Below, one piece after another: positions 9,470 to 19,283 of a stretch of 64,000 nt of DNA. The notes beneath the pieces were generated by a model. That model saw only the letters and a list, made by a program, of their open reading frames with translations, was not told where the DNA came from and did not search any database. Positions within the stretch are counted from its first letter, which is position 1. Every line of letters begins with the position of its first letter. The DNA lies in assembly GCA_963820525.1 (NCBI GenBank), contig CAWGAA010000001.1:2592001-2656000 (forward strand), given 5' to 3'. This DNA comes from an uncultured Spirochaetota bacterium (GTDB lineage Bacteria > Spirochaetota > Spirochaetia > SZUA-6 > Fen-1364). The position numbers were made by a program, and so were the translations under genes.

Positions 9470-10057
9470 TTATAAGAGACTTCGCCCCTTGAACGACCGG
9501 GAGAGGGTCTGCTTGTCGGCAAATTCGAGGTCCCCCCCGACGGGAAGACCGAAAGCGATCCGTGAGACCTTGGCCCCGGTATCCTTGAGCGCCTTCACGA
9601 GATAGAGGGCCGTGGTTTCGCCCTCAACCGTAGGATTGGTGGCGACGATCACTTCCCTGACCGCGCCCCTCCGCACCCTTTCGATGAGACTGGAAATCCG
9701 AAGCTCACCCGGTCCGACGCCGTCGATCGGGGAGATGGCTCCCATGAGCACATGGTAGAGGCCGTGGTACTCGCGGATGGATTCAATGGTGAGCACGTCC
9801 TTGGGCTCCTCCACCACGCAGATCTGGCCCGCGTCCCTGCTCTTATCCGTGCAGATCCCGCAGGGATCGATGTCGGTATATGTTCCGCATACGCTGCACG
9901 GGCGGATGGTCTGCTTGAGGCTTGCGATATCTTCGGCGAGCGAGCGCGCCAGGGACTCGTCGGCTCGAAGCAGGTAGTAGGCGATTCGAGAGGCGCTCTT
10001 TCTCCCCAGGCCGGGCAGGCGGGTGAGGTGTCCGATCAGCCTCTCCAGGGCGTTCAC
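9470..10057 (-). CDS. recR: Recombination mediator RecR
   Basis: LPGLGRKSA, C4 zinc finger, ICVVEEPKDV, ATNPTVEGETTA. Confidence 0.97.
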   Translation of the reverse strand: MNALERLIGHLTRLPGLGRKSASRIAYYLLRADESLARSLAEDIASLKQTIRPCSVCGTYTDIDPCGICTDKSRDAGQICVVEEPKDVLTIESIREYHGLYHVLMGAISPIDGVGPGELRISSLIERVRRGAVREVIVATNPTVEGETTALYLVKALKDTGAKVSRIAFGLPVGGDLEFADKQTLSRSFKGRSLL

Positions 10058-10059
10058 GG

Positions 10060-10380
10060 CTACAAGCCCAGAAGCCCCGGGGGAAGATCCAGCCCCGTGA
10101 ACTGGGACATCTCTTCCTTGAGCTTTTCCTTGAGCCTTTCCAGGGTGTCGGTGAGGGCCGCAAGCACGAGGTCTTCCAGCATCCTGATGTCCTTCTGATC
10201 CACAGCCTCGGGCGAAATGGCCACCTTCTCCACGCTCATCTGCCCGTTCATCTCGATCGTGACCAGACCTCCGCCCGCGGAGCCGCTGACCTTCAGGGAG
10301 CGGAGCTTCTCCTGGATCTCTCCCATACGGGCCTGGAGGTTCTGCAACTGCTTCAGCATATCAAAGGGGTTGATTGCCAT
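10060..10380 (-). CDS. ybaB: YbaB/EbfC nucleoid-associated protein
   Basis: GSAGGGLV, LEDLVLAA; dnaX-ybaB-recR synteny. Confidence 0.95.
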   Translation of the reverse strand: MAINPFDMLKQLQNLQARMGEIQEKLRSLKVSGSAGGGLVTIEMNGQMSVEKVAISPEAVDQKDIRMLEDLVLAALTDTLERLKEKLKEEMSQFTGLDLPPGLLGL

Positions 10381-11911
10381 GCCCCTCTCCTTTCACGACT
10401 TCTCCGCGAAAGACATTGCGGAGAAGATCCACACGAGGGTCGGGTACCACGACATCCGATTTGGCCTCCTGGAAGCTGACCTTGACCTTCACGGCCTTTC
10501 CGATGAGCTGGGAAACCCGCTCGCTCACGAGCTCCCTCTCCCTCATGATCTGCTCCCCCGCGAAGCGGTCCCGCGCAAGGAAGCCGAGCTCGAGCTCCGT
10601 ATCCGTGAAGACGGCGGATACGGCTTTTTCCAGCCATGAGGAGATCGACGGCTTCTCCCGACGGAAGCCCTCGCACAGCCGCTTCACGATCTCGCCGGCG
10701 TCGGGATTCTCCGCCTGTCGCCGGACAGCCGCCGGCTGGGCCCGGGCAGCCGCTTTCACTCCCGGAGTGGACACGATCTCGCCCTTGATCTTCGCCAGGG
10801 CTTCCCGTATCTCGGACGGGGAGATCATCCTGTCCAGCTCCACGAGCCGCGAGACGGCGAGCTCCAGCTCGAAGCGCTGGTTGAGCGAAAAACGGATGTT
10901 TCTATAGAGGGCCAAGAGGAGCTCAATCGCCTTTTCGATCTGGGGAGCCGACAGGGACTCGAGCACTCCGGCATCGAAGTCCTCGGCCGCGTATCCAAGG
11001 AGAGTATCCCGTGTGATTCCGCTCTTGATGAAGAGGAGGTTCCTGAAATACTCGCAGAGGTCTGCGACGAACTGCTCTATGGAGACGCCGGAGGCGAGAA
11101 CCTGATCGAGCCTCTCGAAGACCTTCCCCACATCGCCCGAACGCAAGAGGCGCGCCAGCTCGTTCATCTCGTCGATGCCGAGGACACCGAGCTTTTCCCT
11201 GATGTTCTCCAGGGTGATGGTGCCGGCGGAGAACGAGACGATCTGGTCGAGGAGCGTATAAGCGTCGCGGAGGCTTCCCGTCGCCTCCTTGGCTATCCAG
11301 GTGAGAGCCCTTTCCTCGGATTTCACGCCGAGCTCTCCCGCCGCCTCCCGGAGCTTTTCCTTGATCTCCGCCGTGGAGATGAGGCGGAAGTTGTACTGCT
11401 GGCAGCGGGAGCGGATCGTTGCGGGGACCTTGTGCACCTCGGTGGTGGCGAAAATGAACACGATGTACGGCGGAGGCTCTTCGATGGTTTTCAAAAGCGC
11501 GTTGAAAGCGCTGTTGGAAAGCATATGGACTTCATCGATGATATAGATCTTGTGCCGGGCGCTGTTGGGAGCGAAGAGGACCTCGTCGCGGATCTCCCGC
11601 ACGTCGTTCACGCTCGTGTTGGAGGCCCCATCGATCTCGATCACGTCCAGCGAGGAGCTGTGCGCGATCTCCTGACACGCGGGGCACGTTCCACAGGGCT
11701 TCTCCGTCGGGCCTTTTTCGCAATTCAGCGCCTTGGCGAGGATCCGCGCCACAGAGGTTTTTCCCACCCCCCGGGGGCCGGCAAAGAGGTACGCGTGGGC
11801 GATCCGTCCCTGCGCGATAGAACTGCGCAGGGTGGCTGCCACGAACTCCTGCCCGACGAGGTCGTCGAAGGTTTGAGGTCTCTTTCGAGTCGCGGTGACT
11901 TCGTACGGCAT
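10361..11911 (-). CDS. dnaX: DNA polymerase III subunit gamma/tau
   Basis: RPQTFDDLVGQE, GPRGVGKTS, IIDEVHMLS..AFNALLKTIEEPP, SRC. Confidence 0.97.
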   Translation of the reverse strand: MPYEVTATRKRPQTFDDLVGQEFVAATLRSSIAQGRIAHAYLFAGPRGVGKTSVARILAKALNCEKGPTEKPCGTCPACQEIAHSSSLDVIEIDGASNTSVNDVREIRDEVLFAPNSARHKIYIIDEVHMLSNSAFNALLKTIEEPPPYIVFIFATTEVHKVPATIRSRCQQYNFRLISTAEIKEKLREAAGELGVKSEERALTWIAKEATGSLRDAYTLLDQIVSFSAGTITLENIREKLGVLGIDEMNELARLLRSGDVGKVFERLDQVLASGVSIEQFVADLCEYFRNLLFIKSGITRDTLLGYAAEDFDAGVLESLSAPQIEKAIELLLALYRNIRFSLNQRFELELAVSRLVELDRMISPSEIREALAKIKGEIVSTPGVKAAARAQPAAVRRQAENPDAGEIVKRLCEGFRREKPSISSWLEKAVSAVFTDTELELGFLARDRFAGEQIMRERELVSERVSQLIGKAVKVKVSFQEAKSDVVVPDPRVDLLRNVFRGEVVKGEGHGNQPL

Positions 11912-11925
11912 AGGCTCAGTGAAAA

Positions 11926-12054
11926 AACCCCTTTAGCTCCATTCAAGCCGAGTACGGCTCATGAGCACGCTGCTTACCGCTGCTACCTTCCGGTCCTGAC
12001 GGGGTTAGGCAGCAGCTCATAGCGTATGACCTGGATATCATCGCTAAAGGGGTT
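11926..12054 (-). ncRNA. ffs: Signal recognition particle RNA (small bacterial SRP)
   Basis: Minus strand contains the domain IV motif GTCAGGACCGGAAGGTAGCAGC; ends pair (AACCCCTTTAGC / GCTAAAGGGGTT); upstream of dnaX. Confidence 0.93.
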
Positions 12055-12056
12055 AG

Positions 12057-12143
12057 CGGAGAGAGTGGGATTCGAACCCACGGTACCCTTACGAGTACAC
12101 ACGCCTTCCAAGCGTGCACCTTCGGCCACTCGGTCATCTCTCC
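12057..12143 (-). tRNA. tRNA-Ser(GGA)
   Basis: GGAGAGATG...CACGC-TTGGAAG-GCGTG, long variable arm, GGTTCGAATCC. Confidence 0.95.
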
Positions 12144-12235
12144 CAGGGCCGTGAACGGCCCGCGGCCGGCAAAACCCCGCTGCCGCTTGCTGGAGCAAGC
12201 ACATCGGATGGCGGAAGCCGGTCAAGCTCACACAT

Positions 12236-12322
12236 CGGAGAGAGTGGGATTCGAACCCACGGAGCCGCAAGCGGCTCAACGGTTTTCGAGACCGCCCGAT
12301 TCGACCGCTCTCGCATCTCTCC
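12236..12322 (-). tRNA. tRNA-Ser(CGA)
   Basis: GCGGT-CTCGAAA-ACCGT anticodon arm, long variable arm, T-loop. Confidence 0.95.
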
Positions 12323-12348
12323 CAAAGGTCGTCCGAAGCCGACCGATC

Positions 12349-12423
12349 CGTGCCCAAGAGGATTCGAACCTCCGACCTTTAGATCCGCAGTCTAATGCTC
12401 TATCCAGGCTGAGCTATGGGCAC
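12349..12423 (-). tRNA. tRNA-Arg(GCG)
   Basis: GTGCCCATAGCTCAG...TTAGA-CTGCGGA-TCTAA...GGTTCGAATCC..TGGGCAC. Confidence 0.93.
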
Positions 12424-12427
12424 AAAA

Positions 12428-12514
12428 CGGAGAGGAGGGGATTCGAACCCCTGATACCCTTACGAGTATAACGCCTTAGCAGGGCGCCCGATTCGACCAC
12501 TCTCGCACCTCTCC
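12428..12514 (-). tRNA. tRNA-Ser(GCT)
   Basis: GCGCC-CTGCTAA-GGCGT anticodon arm, long variable arm. Confidence 0.95.
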
Positions 12515-12597
12515 AATTCAGGATCCCTTGCGTCGCCGGAAGGCCGCCGCGACTGCTCACTCGATCGCACGACTCATCGCGGCGCGGGGAAAGTGAC

Positions 12598-12685
12598 CGG
12601 AGAGGGAGGGATTCGAACCCCCGGAACCGCAGAGCGGCTCAACGGTTTTCAAGACCGCCTCCTTCGACCACTCGGACACCTCTCC
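12598..12685 (-). tRNA. tRNA-Ser(TGA)
   Basis: GCGGT-CTTGAAA-ACCGT anticodon arm, long variable arm. Confidence 0.95.
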
Positions 12686-12711
12686 CGGAATACCACGTAC
12701 TGGCGCGATTA

Positions 12712-12740
12712 ACTATACTCAGCGACTGTGGCTTTGTCAA
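12712..12740 (-). promoter_or_regulatory. Sigma70 promoter of the tRNA/SRP/dnaX cluster
   Basis: TTGACA-17 nt-TATAGT about 27 nt upstream of tRNA-Ser(TGA). Confidence 0.75.
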
Positions 12741-12788
12741 TAAAAGCGAGGTTCCGGCTGCCGTTTCGATGCGCCGCTCGGCGCAGAC

Positions 12789-13670
12789 TCACTTCTTTCC
12801 CGATAGAATCTCGATCACTCTTTCCAAATCCTCTGATGAAAAATAGGAAATTTCGATTTTGCCCTTGGCAGAGGTTCCCCTGATCTCCACTTTCGTCCCC
12901 AGCCGCTCGATGAGGCTCTCCTCGATCTCGTGGATCTCGGGCTCCCGGGCGTTTCGATCGGATTGAGAGCCGCCCTTCGCGCTCTTTCCCGCGGCCTTCT
13001 TTCCCCTGTTGAGGCTCGCCGCCATCTGCTCCGCTTCGCGCACGGAGATGCCCCGCTCGAGGATCCGCTTGAAAAGCAGCCGCTGATCCGAAGGGTTCAA
13101 CGACATGAGGATGGCGCGGGCATGCCCGGGGCTCATGTCCCCCTTGTCCACCGCTTCCTGCATCTCTGGGTCAAGCTTGAGCAGCCGCAAGCTGTTGGCC
13201 ACCGTCGAGCGGTCCTTGCCGACCTGGGCCGCGACCTCCTCCTGGCTCAACCCCGCGGATTCCATGAGCTTTCTGTATGCCTGGGCTTCCTCGATCGGCG
13301 TCAGGTCCTCTCTCTGGATGTTCTCGATGAGGGCGATCTCCAACTTTTCGCGGTCGTTGAACTGCCTGACGATGACGGGGATCTTCTCCAGGCCGGCCAT
13401 CCGGGCGGCGCGCACGCGCCGTTCGCCGGCGATGATCGTGTAGGCACCATCCTGAGCCGCCTCCACGAGCACGGGCTGGAGCACCCCCTTCTTCCGGATC
13501 GAGTCGGCAAGCTCGGAGAGGGCCGCTTCCGAAAAATCGCGCCTGGGCTGATCGGGGTTGGGTGCGAGGGCGGAGAGAGCCGCCTCCGTGACGCCCGAGG
13601 CTTCTCTCTTCTGCCCTTCCTCGGTCGGGATGAGAGCGCCGATCCCTTTGCCGAGAGCCCGCTTAGACAT
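12789..13670 (-). CDS. parB: Chromosome partitioning protein ParB (Spo0J)
   Basis: LGKGIGALI, NPDQPRRDF, IIAGERRVRAA, IENIQREDL, HTH GKDRSTVAN. Confidence 0.96.
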   Translation of the reverse strand: MSKRALGKGIGALIPTEEGQKREASGVTEAALSALAPNPDQPRRDFSEAALSELADSIRKKGVLQPVLVEAAQDGAYTIIAGERRVRAARMAGLEKIPVIVRQFNDREKLEIALIENIQREDLTPIEEAQAYRKLMESAGLSQEEVAAQVGKDRSTVANSLRLLKLDPEMQEAVDKGDMSPGHARAILMSLNPSDQRLLFKRILERGISVREAEQMAASLNRGKKAAGKSAKGGSQSDRNAREPEIHEIEESLIERLGTKVEIRGTSAKGKIEISYFSSEDLERVIEILSGKK

Positions 13671-14418
13671 TGAGGAGCACCTCCTCGGCGAGCTTCTGGT
13701 AGCTCTTGGCCCCGATGCACTCGGGATCGTACTGGTTGATCGGCTTTGCGAAGGAGGGGGCCTCGCTCAAACGGACATTCCGCGGGATGATGGTATGGAA
13801 GACTTTCTCCTTGAAATATCCCGTCACTTCCTGAACCACCTCATGCGCCAGCCGGGTCCGCATGTCGTACATCGTAAAGAGTATCCCCCCGATCTTCAAT
13901 TGGGGATTGAGGCTCTTTTGAACCTGGTTGATGGTCTGAAGGAGAAGGCTCAAACCCTCCAGCGCGAAGTACTCGCACTGGAGGGGGATGATGACGAAGT
14001 CCGCGGCTACCAGGCCGTTGAGGGTGAGGATTCCCAGGGAAGGCGGGCTGTCGATGAAGATATAATCGAAGCGGTCATGGATCTTATCCATCGCCTTCTT
14101 GAGGAAGAACTCCCTTTCAGCCTGGTCCACGAGCTCGATCGTCGCGCCAGTGAGGTTGATGCTGGATGGGATTATCGAAAGCCCTGGAACAGAGCATGCC
14201 TGAATGGCTGAGATGGGATCGGCCTTGCCGGTGATCACCTCGTAGATGCCGGGAAGGTTCTTGTCCGCCCCGACGCTGCTTGTCGTATTGCTCTGGGAGT
14301 CGAAATCGACCAGGAGAACACGCTTTCCCACATCTGCCAGATAGGCGCCGAGGTTGACGGCGGTAGTAGTTTTGCCCACACCTCCCTTTTGATTCGCAAA
14401 AACGATAATCTTAGCCAT
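13663..14418 (-). CDS. parA: Chromosome partitioning ATPase ParA (Soj)
   Basis: NQKGGVGKTTT, IDSPPSLG, PLQCEYFALEG, IPRNVRLSEAPS. Confidence 0.96.
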   Translation of the reverse strand: MAKIIVFANQKGGVGKTTTAVNLGAYLADVGKRVLLVDFDSQSNTTSSVGADKNLPGIYEVITGKADPISAIQACSVPGLSIIPSSINLTGATIELVDQAEREFFLKKAMDKIHDRFDYIFIDSPPSLGILTLNGLVAADFVIIPLQCEYFALEGLSLLLQTINQVQKSLNPQLKIGGILFTMYDMRTRLAHEVVQEVTGYFKEKVFHTIIPRNVRLSEAPSFAKPINQYDPECIGAKSYQKLAEEVLLNV

Positions 14419-14653
14419 TCTCTTATGGATACCCGATTTTCAAAGTGCATGCAAGGCTGCTCCAGATCCGAGGGTCTGACCGTGAAAAGATTTTGGAGAA
14501 AAGAAATATAATGGATAAAAAACGCGGTATCTTTGCCTAGAAAACACGAATCGGAATAAAAAAACCACAAAACGCTTGCGCGCGGGCGATTTGTGCTGTA
14601 TAAAAAATCCCGGCTCACAAGAGAGACGCTTTGCATTCGGGAGGGGAATCAAA

Positions 14654-16744
14654 GTGTTCGTATCCATCAAGAAGCGCAACGGGACCATCGTCCCGTTTCA
14701 ACCTGAAAAAATTATAAACGCGCTGCTCAAGGCTGGAGAGGCGACGAGCGAATTCGGGGAAGAACTCGCTCGCAAGCTCATGCTGCGCGTTCTCAACCTG
14801 GCCCAACAGGCGCTGCCCGGCGAAATACCTACCGTCGAACAAATCCAGGACATCGTCGAGGAAGTCCTCATATCTTCCCAGTTCAAGCAGACCGCCAAGG
14901 CGTATATCATCTACCGCGATCAGCATGCCAAGATCCGCGAAATCGTCTCCCGCGCGGACGTGGACCTGATAGACCGCTACCTGGAGAGGGCGGATTGGCA
15001 GGTCAACGAGAACTCCAACATGGGCTACTCGCTTCAGGGCCTGAACAACTACGTCTCCTCGGAGATCTCAAAGATCTACTGGCTGAACAAGATCTACCCG
15101 CCCGAAATCCGCCTTGCGCACAGCGACGGGGACTTTCACATCCACGATCTGGGCATCCTCTCCGTCTACTGCGTGGGCTGGGACCTTGAGGACCTGCTCC
15201 TGCAGGGATTCAAAGGGGCAATGGGAAAGGTCGAAAGCAAGCCCGCCCGGCATTTCGCCAGCGCCCTCGGTCAGATCGTCAACTTCTTCTATACCCTCCA
15301 GGGTGAAGCGGCGGGCGCCCAGGCCTTTTCTCATTTCGATATGTTCCTCGCCCCCTTCATCCGCTTCGACCGCCTCGACTACGAAGAGGTGAAGCAGGCG
15401 CTCCAGGAGTTCGTTTTCAATGTCAACGTTCCAACGCGGGTCGGCTTCCAAACCCCTTTCACGAATATCACCATGGATCTGAAGGTCCCCGCCATGTTCC
15501 GGGACAAGTCGGTAATCGTCGGAGGGGAATACCGCACGGAAACGTACGGCGAGTTCCAGCGCGAGATATCCATGCTCAACAAGGCGTTCCTCGAGGTCCT
15601 GGCCGAGGGGGATGCCAAGGGCAGGGTCTTCACCTTCCCGATTCCCACCTACAATATCACGAAGGACTTCCCCTGGGACGATCCCGACCTGGAGGTCCTC
15701 TGGCGGGTCACGGCGAAGTACGGGATCCCCTACTTCTCCAACTTCGTGAACTCGGACATGTCACCCGAAGATACCCGCTCGATGTGCTGCCGGCTACGCC
15801 TCGACCTTCGAAGCCTCGAAAAGAGGGGCGGCGGCCTGTTCGGGGCGAACCCGCTCACAGGATCGATCGGCGTGGTAACCATAAACATGCCGCGATTGGG
15901 GTACCTGTCGGCGGACGAGGAGGAGTTTATCGGGAGGCTCGGGGAGCTCATGGAGCTGGCGAAGAGCAGCCTGGAAATAAAGAGAAAGATACTTGAGCGT
16001 TTCACGGAGAGAAACCTCTACCCCTATACGAAACACTACCTGCGGGGAGTCCGCGAGAGATTCAGCCAGTACTGGAAGAACCACTTTTCGACCATTGGCC
16101 TGGTCGGACTCAACGAGGCGAGCATGAATCTCCTGGGGACCCACCTGGGAACCGAGAAAGGCCAGCTCTTCGCGATGAGAGTGCTTGAATACATGAGGGA
16201 GAAGCTCCTCCAGTTCCAGGAAGAGACGGGGAGCAACTACAACCTCGAGGCTACCCCTGCTGAAGGCGCCTCCTACAGGCTTGCCCGCCTCGACAGCGAA
16301 AAGCTCCCGGGCATCCTTTCGGCCAATCTGAACGGCACTGAAGCCGGGGCCAAGCCTTTCTACACCAACTCATCGCAGCTTCCCGTGCAATATTCCGAGG
16401 ACATCTTCGAGGTTCTGGATCTGCAGGACGAGCTTCAAACCCGCTACACCGGCGGGACGGTTCTGCACCTGTTCATCGGAGAGGAGATCAAGGCACCCCG
16501 CAGCGTGACAGGGCTCGTCAAGATGATCTGCAGCCGCTACCACCTCCCCTACTTCACCATCACCCCGACGTTCAGCATTTGCCCCGTCCACGGCTATCTG
16601 TCCGGCAAGCAGGAGACATGCCCCCACTGCGGAGCGGCGGCCGAGGTCTATTCCAGAGTCGTGGGATATCTCAGGCCCGTCAATCAATGGAACGAAGGGA
16701 AAGTGGAAGAGTTCAAGTACCGAAAGACTTTCAAGCTGTCGTAA
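14654..16744 (+). CDS. nrdD: Class III (anaerobic) ribonucleoside-triphosphate reductase with ATP-cone
   Basis: IKKRNG ATP-cone, SMCCRL, NLEATPAEG, C-terminal CxxH..CxxC, glycyl radical motif SRVVGYLRP; GTG start after GGAGGGG. Confidence 0.92.
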   Translation: MFVSIKKRNGTIVPFQPEKIINALLKAGEATSEFGEELARKLMLRVLNLAQQALPGEIPTVEQIQDIVEEVLISSQFKQTAKAYIIYRDQHAKIREIVSRADVDLIDRYLERADWQVNENSNMGYSLQGLNNYVSSEISKIYWLNKIYPPEIRLAHSDGDFHIHDLGILSVYCVGWDLEDLLLQGFKGAMGKVESKPARHFASALGQIVNFFYTLQGEAAGAQAFSHFDMFLAPFIRFDRLDYEEVKQALQEFVFNVNVPTRVGFQTPFTNITMDLKVPAMFRDKSVIVGGEYRTETYGEFQREISMLNKAFLEVLAEGDAKGRVFTFPIPTYNITKDFPWDDPDLEVLWRVTAKYGIPYFSNFVNSDMSPEDTRSMCCRLRLDLRSLEKRGGGLFGANPLTGSIGVVTINMPRLGYLSADEEEFIGRLGELMELAKSSLEIKRKILERFTERNLYPYTKHYLRGVRERFSQYWKNHFSTIGLVGLNEASMNLLGTHLGTEKGQLFAMRVLEYMREKLLQFQEETGSNYNLEATPAEGASYRLARLDSEKLPGILSANLNGTEAGAKPFYTNSSQLPVQYSEDIFEVLDLQDELQTRYTGGTVLHLFIGEEIKAPRSVTGLVKMICSRYHLPYFTITPTFSICPVHGYLSGKQETCPHCGAAAEVYSRVVGYLRPVNQWNEGKVEEFKYRKTFKLS

Positions 16745-16780
16745 AGAGGGGACTCACCCCCATTCGAGGCGATCCGATCC

Positions 16781-17470
16781 ATGGTTGTCGGTGGATTTCA
16801 AAAGTTCTCCCTTGTTGATTATCCTGGAAAAATCAGCGCCATCGTCTTCACCCAGGGCTGCAATTTCAGATGTCACTATTGCCATAACCCGGAGCTGGTC
16901 GATCCACAGCGCTACGCAACGCCAATTTCCGAAGACTTCATAGCTTCATTCCTTAATAAAAGAATGGGAAGGCTCCAGGGTGTCGTGATCAGCGGAGGTG
17001 AACCTACCGTACATGCAGACCTTCCCTTTTTCATCGAAAAGCTCAGATCCCTCGGATACTCGGTGAAGCTCGACACGAATGGGAGCAACCCGCAAATGCT
17101 CGAGAAGATCATCCAGGACCGCCTTGTCGACAGCATCTCCATGGATATCAAGGCACCCCTCCCCTCCTATGCCAGGATCGCGGGGGTTTCGGTGCGAACA
17201 GAAGACATCGAGCGCAGTATCCACCTCATCATGGAAAGCGGGCTTCTCTCTGATTTTCGAACTACGTACCTCGACTCCCTGCTCTCCATTGAGGATATGA
17301 AAAGCATCGGCGAGATGGTCATGGGATGCTCGAACTTTACCCTTCAGCGATTCGTTTCCACGAAAGCGCTTCAGAGAGAAGTTCTGTCGCAACCCTCGCC
17401 TTCCACGGAGAAGCTGGCAGACATCCAGGCCTTGCTCCTGGCCATGGGAGTCCCTTGCAGGCTCCTCTGA
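16781..17470 (+). CDS. nrdG: Anaerobic RNR activating radical SAM protein
   Basis: SLVDYPG, CNFRCHYCHNP, SGGEPT, KLDTNG; follows nrdD. Confidence 0.92.
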   Translation: MVVGGFQKFSLVDYPGKISAIVFTQGCNFRCHYCHNPELVDPQRYATPISEDFIASFLNKRMGRLQGVVISGGEPTVHADLPFFIEKLRSLGYSVKLDTNGSNPQMLEKIIQDRLVDSISMDIKAPLPSYARIAGVSVRTEDIERSIHLIMESGLLSDFRTTYLDSLLSIEDMKSIGEMVMGCSNFTLQRFVSTKALQREVLSQPSPSTEKLADIQALLLAMGVPCRLL

Positions 17471-17473
17471 TTC

Positions 17474-18994
17474 TCAGCCCAGAACCACCTGCTCGGCGGT
17501 GCAGATAACGTTATACAGCTCGAGCGGAGTAGCTGCAGTCTCCAGCCTGCCTTCAAGAAACTCGCTTTCAAAAATGCCAGCGATATGGGAGAGGAGAATC
17601 TGGTGAATGCGCGGCGTATCAGCGGGAGTCAGAAGCAGGAAGAGCAATGAGATGCTCTCCCCGGCAGCCGGCGCGGGAATAGGCGACTTGAGCCGGGCGA
17701 CAATCACCATTGGATTGGCCAGGATCATCAGACGTGCATGGGGGATGGCGAGCCCCTTGCCGATATAGCTGCTGCCCAGTTTCTCCCGTTCGATTACTGA
17801 AAGCATTATCGCCTCTCGCGACAGCGGAAGATCCGAAGCCCTGATATTCTGGAGGGCGTTTCGAGCGGCTGACAGGATGCTGTCTCCTTCCACCTCCAGG
17901 AAGGTCCGTTCCACGGACAGCAGGTCCGAGAGGCGAACGGGCGGTTCGATCGGATACTCTTCTTCGATCGTTCCGATGACCTCTTCGATCGCGTCCTCCA
18001 GCGTGATGATCCCTGTCCATGCCCCGTCCTTAGCGAAGACGAGCGCCATGTGGCAGGCTTTCCTCTGCATCTCCGAGAGCAAATGCTCCAGCGGATGCTC
18101 TTCTCGCGCCTGGAGACAGGGACGTATGAAAGGCCGCAGATCGTCAGTAGGCTTTCCTGCCCTGTCGGCGAGAAACAGGTCTTTTACATGGATATATCCC
18201 AGGGGTTTTTCGGAATCCTTTTCAATTACCGGGTACCTGGAAAAGCGGTTCTCTCCGATCAGTTTCTCCGCTTCGGCGCGCGACATCCCCAACCGGAGGA
18301 AGCGTACGAGCCTTCGAGCGCGCATCGCGTTCCTGACGGTCAGGGCGCCCATGTCGAGAACGTTCTCGATGTGGAGGAGCTGGCGGAATGAGAGCATCCC
18401 GCTGGACTGGGAGTGATCGAGGATGATCCTGATCTCGTCTTGCGTGTGGGCCCCCGGCCCGCTCACAAGGGGGAGGCGGAAGAGACTGAGTATGGCGTTC
18501 ACAGTCGTGTTGAGAAGCCAGATGGGAACGATGAAGATGGAGCGGAAGATCATCATGGGGTAAGCCATGAGCAAGGCCAGCCTCTCGGTGTCTCGGATGG
18601 CGATTGATTTCGGGACGAGCTCGCCCAAAATGATGTGAAGATATGAGACAAGGAAATACGCGATCGCGATGGCGACCGCATGCGATGTTATCCGGGTTGC
18701 GACTCCCGTTATCCCCACAATGGAAACGGCTGGCTCGATGAGCGCCGCAAAGGCCGGTTCCCCGACGAACCCCAATCCGATGCTGGCGAGGGTGATCCCG
18801 ACCTGGCAGACGGAGAGAAACTCGTCAAGATTCGCCTGGATTCGCTCCACCAACCTGGCCCTTCGGTTGCCTTTGGCCGCTAGAGATTCCATGAGGGTTG
18901 GACGGGCTTTAATCGCGGTCAATTCAGCCAGTACGAAGAAAGCGTTCAGTACCAGGAGAAAGACCGCAATAAGGAGATACAAGCTAATGAGCAT
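17474..18994 (-). CDS. CNNM/DUF21-CBS membrane protein (hemolysin/CorB family) with C-terminal PTS EIIA-like domain
   Basis: LNAFFVLAE, CQVGITLASIGLG, ILGELVPK, FSRYPV, GIITLEDAIEEVIG; C-terminal EREKLGSSYIGKGLAIPHAR. Confidence 0.88.
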   Translation of the reverse strand: MLISLYLLIAVFLLVLNAFFVLAELTAIKARPTLMESLAAKGNRRARLVERIQANLDEFLSVCQVGITLASIGLGFVGEPAFAALIEPAVSIVGITGVATRITSHAVAIAIAYFLVSYLHIILGELVPKSIAIRDTERLALLMAYPMMIFRSIFIVPIWLLNTTVNAILSLFRLPLVSGPGAHTQDEIRIILDHSQSSGMLSFRQLLHIENVLDMGALTVRNAMRARRLVRFLRLGMSRAEAEKLIGENRFSRYPVIEKDSEKPLGYIHVKDLFLADRAGKPTDDLRPFIRPCLQAREEHPLEHLLSEMQRKACHMALVFAKDGAWTGIITLEDAIEEVIGTIEEEYPIEPPVRLSDLLSVERTFLEVEGDSILSAARNALQNIRASDLPLSREAIMLSVIEREKLGSSYIGKGLAIPHARLMILANPMVIVARLKSPIPAPAAGESISLLFLLLTPADTPRIHQILLSHIAGIFESEFLEGRLETAATPLELYNVICTAEQVVLG

Positions 18995-19267
18995 TGTGCA
19001 CCTCGAGCTCTTCGCGCTCCGCTATTCAAAATCGCATGCAGAGGATCTGCCTGCGATACGTTCTTCTACCGGCTATTAGATTATGTCCTGGGGGAAATGA
19101 AAAGTGCCATCGGGCATCGACAAGAACGGGATCGAAGTGAATGCCGCTTTGCTCCTTGATGATGGTAATCGGGGATTCATGGGAGAGAGGCTGCTTGTAG
19201 ACGCGGCGTGAATCCCGTCTTGGTACTGATCAATCACGCCCTTCGTATAGGCGCTCAGGAAATCCAA

Positions 19268-19283
19268 TGTTTCACGTGAAACA
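19268..19283. promoter_or_regulatory. parS: parS centromere site
   Basis: Perfect palindrome TGTTTCACGTGAAACA, intergenic, between parAB and oriC. Confidence 0.93.

Noticed and set aside
10361..11911. Programmed -1 frameshift in dnaX
   Set aside because: No A-AAA-AAG-type slippery site with a downstream hairpin was noticed
11943..12471. Small ORFs over the RNA cluster
   Set aside because: They overlap SRP RNA and tRNA genes
14500..14650. NrdR boxes upstream of nrdD
   Set aside because: No acceptable match to the acaCwAtATaTwGtg consensus by eye
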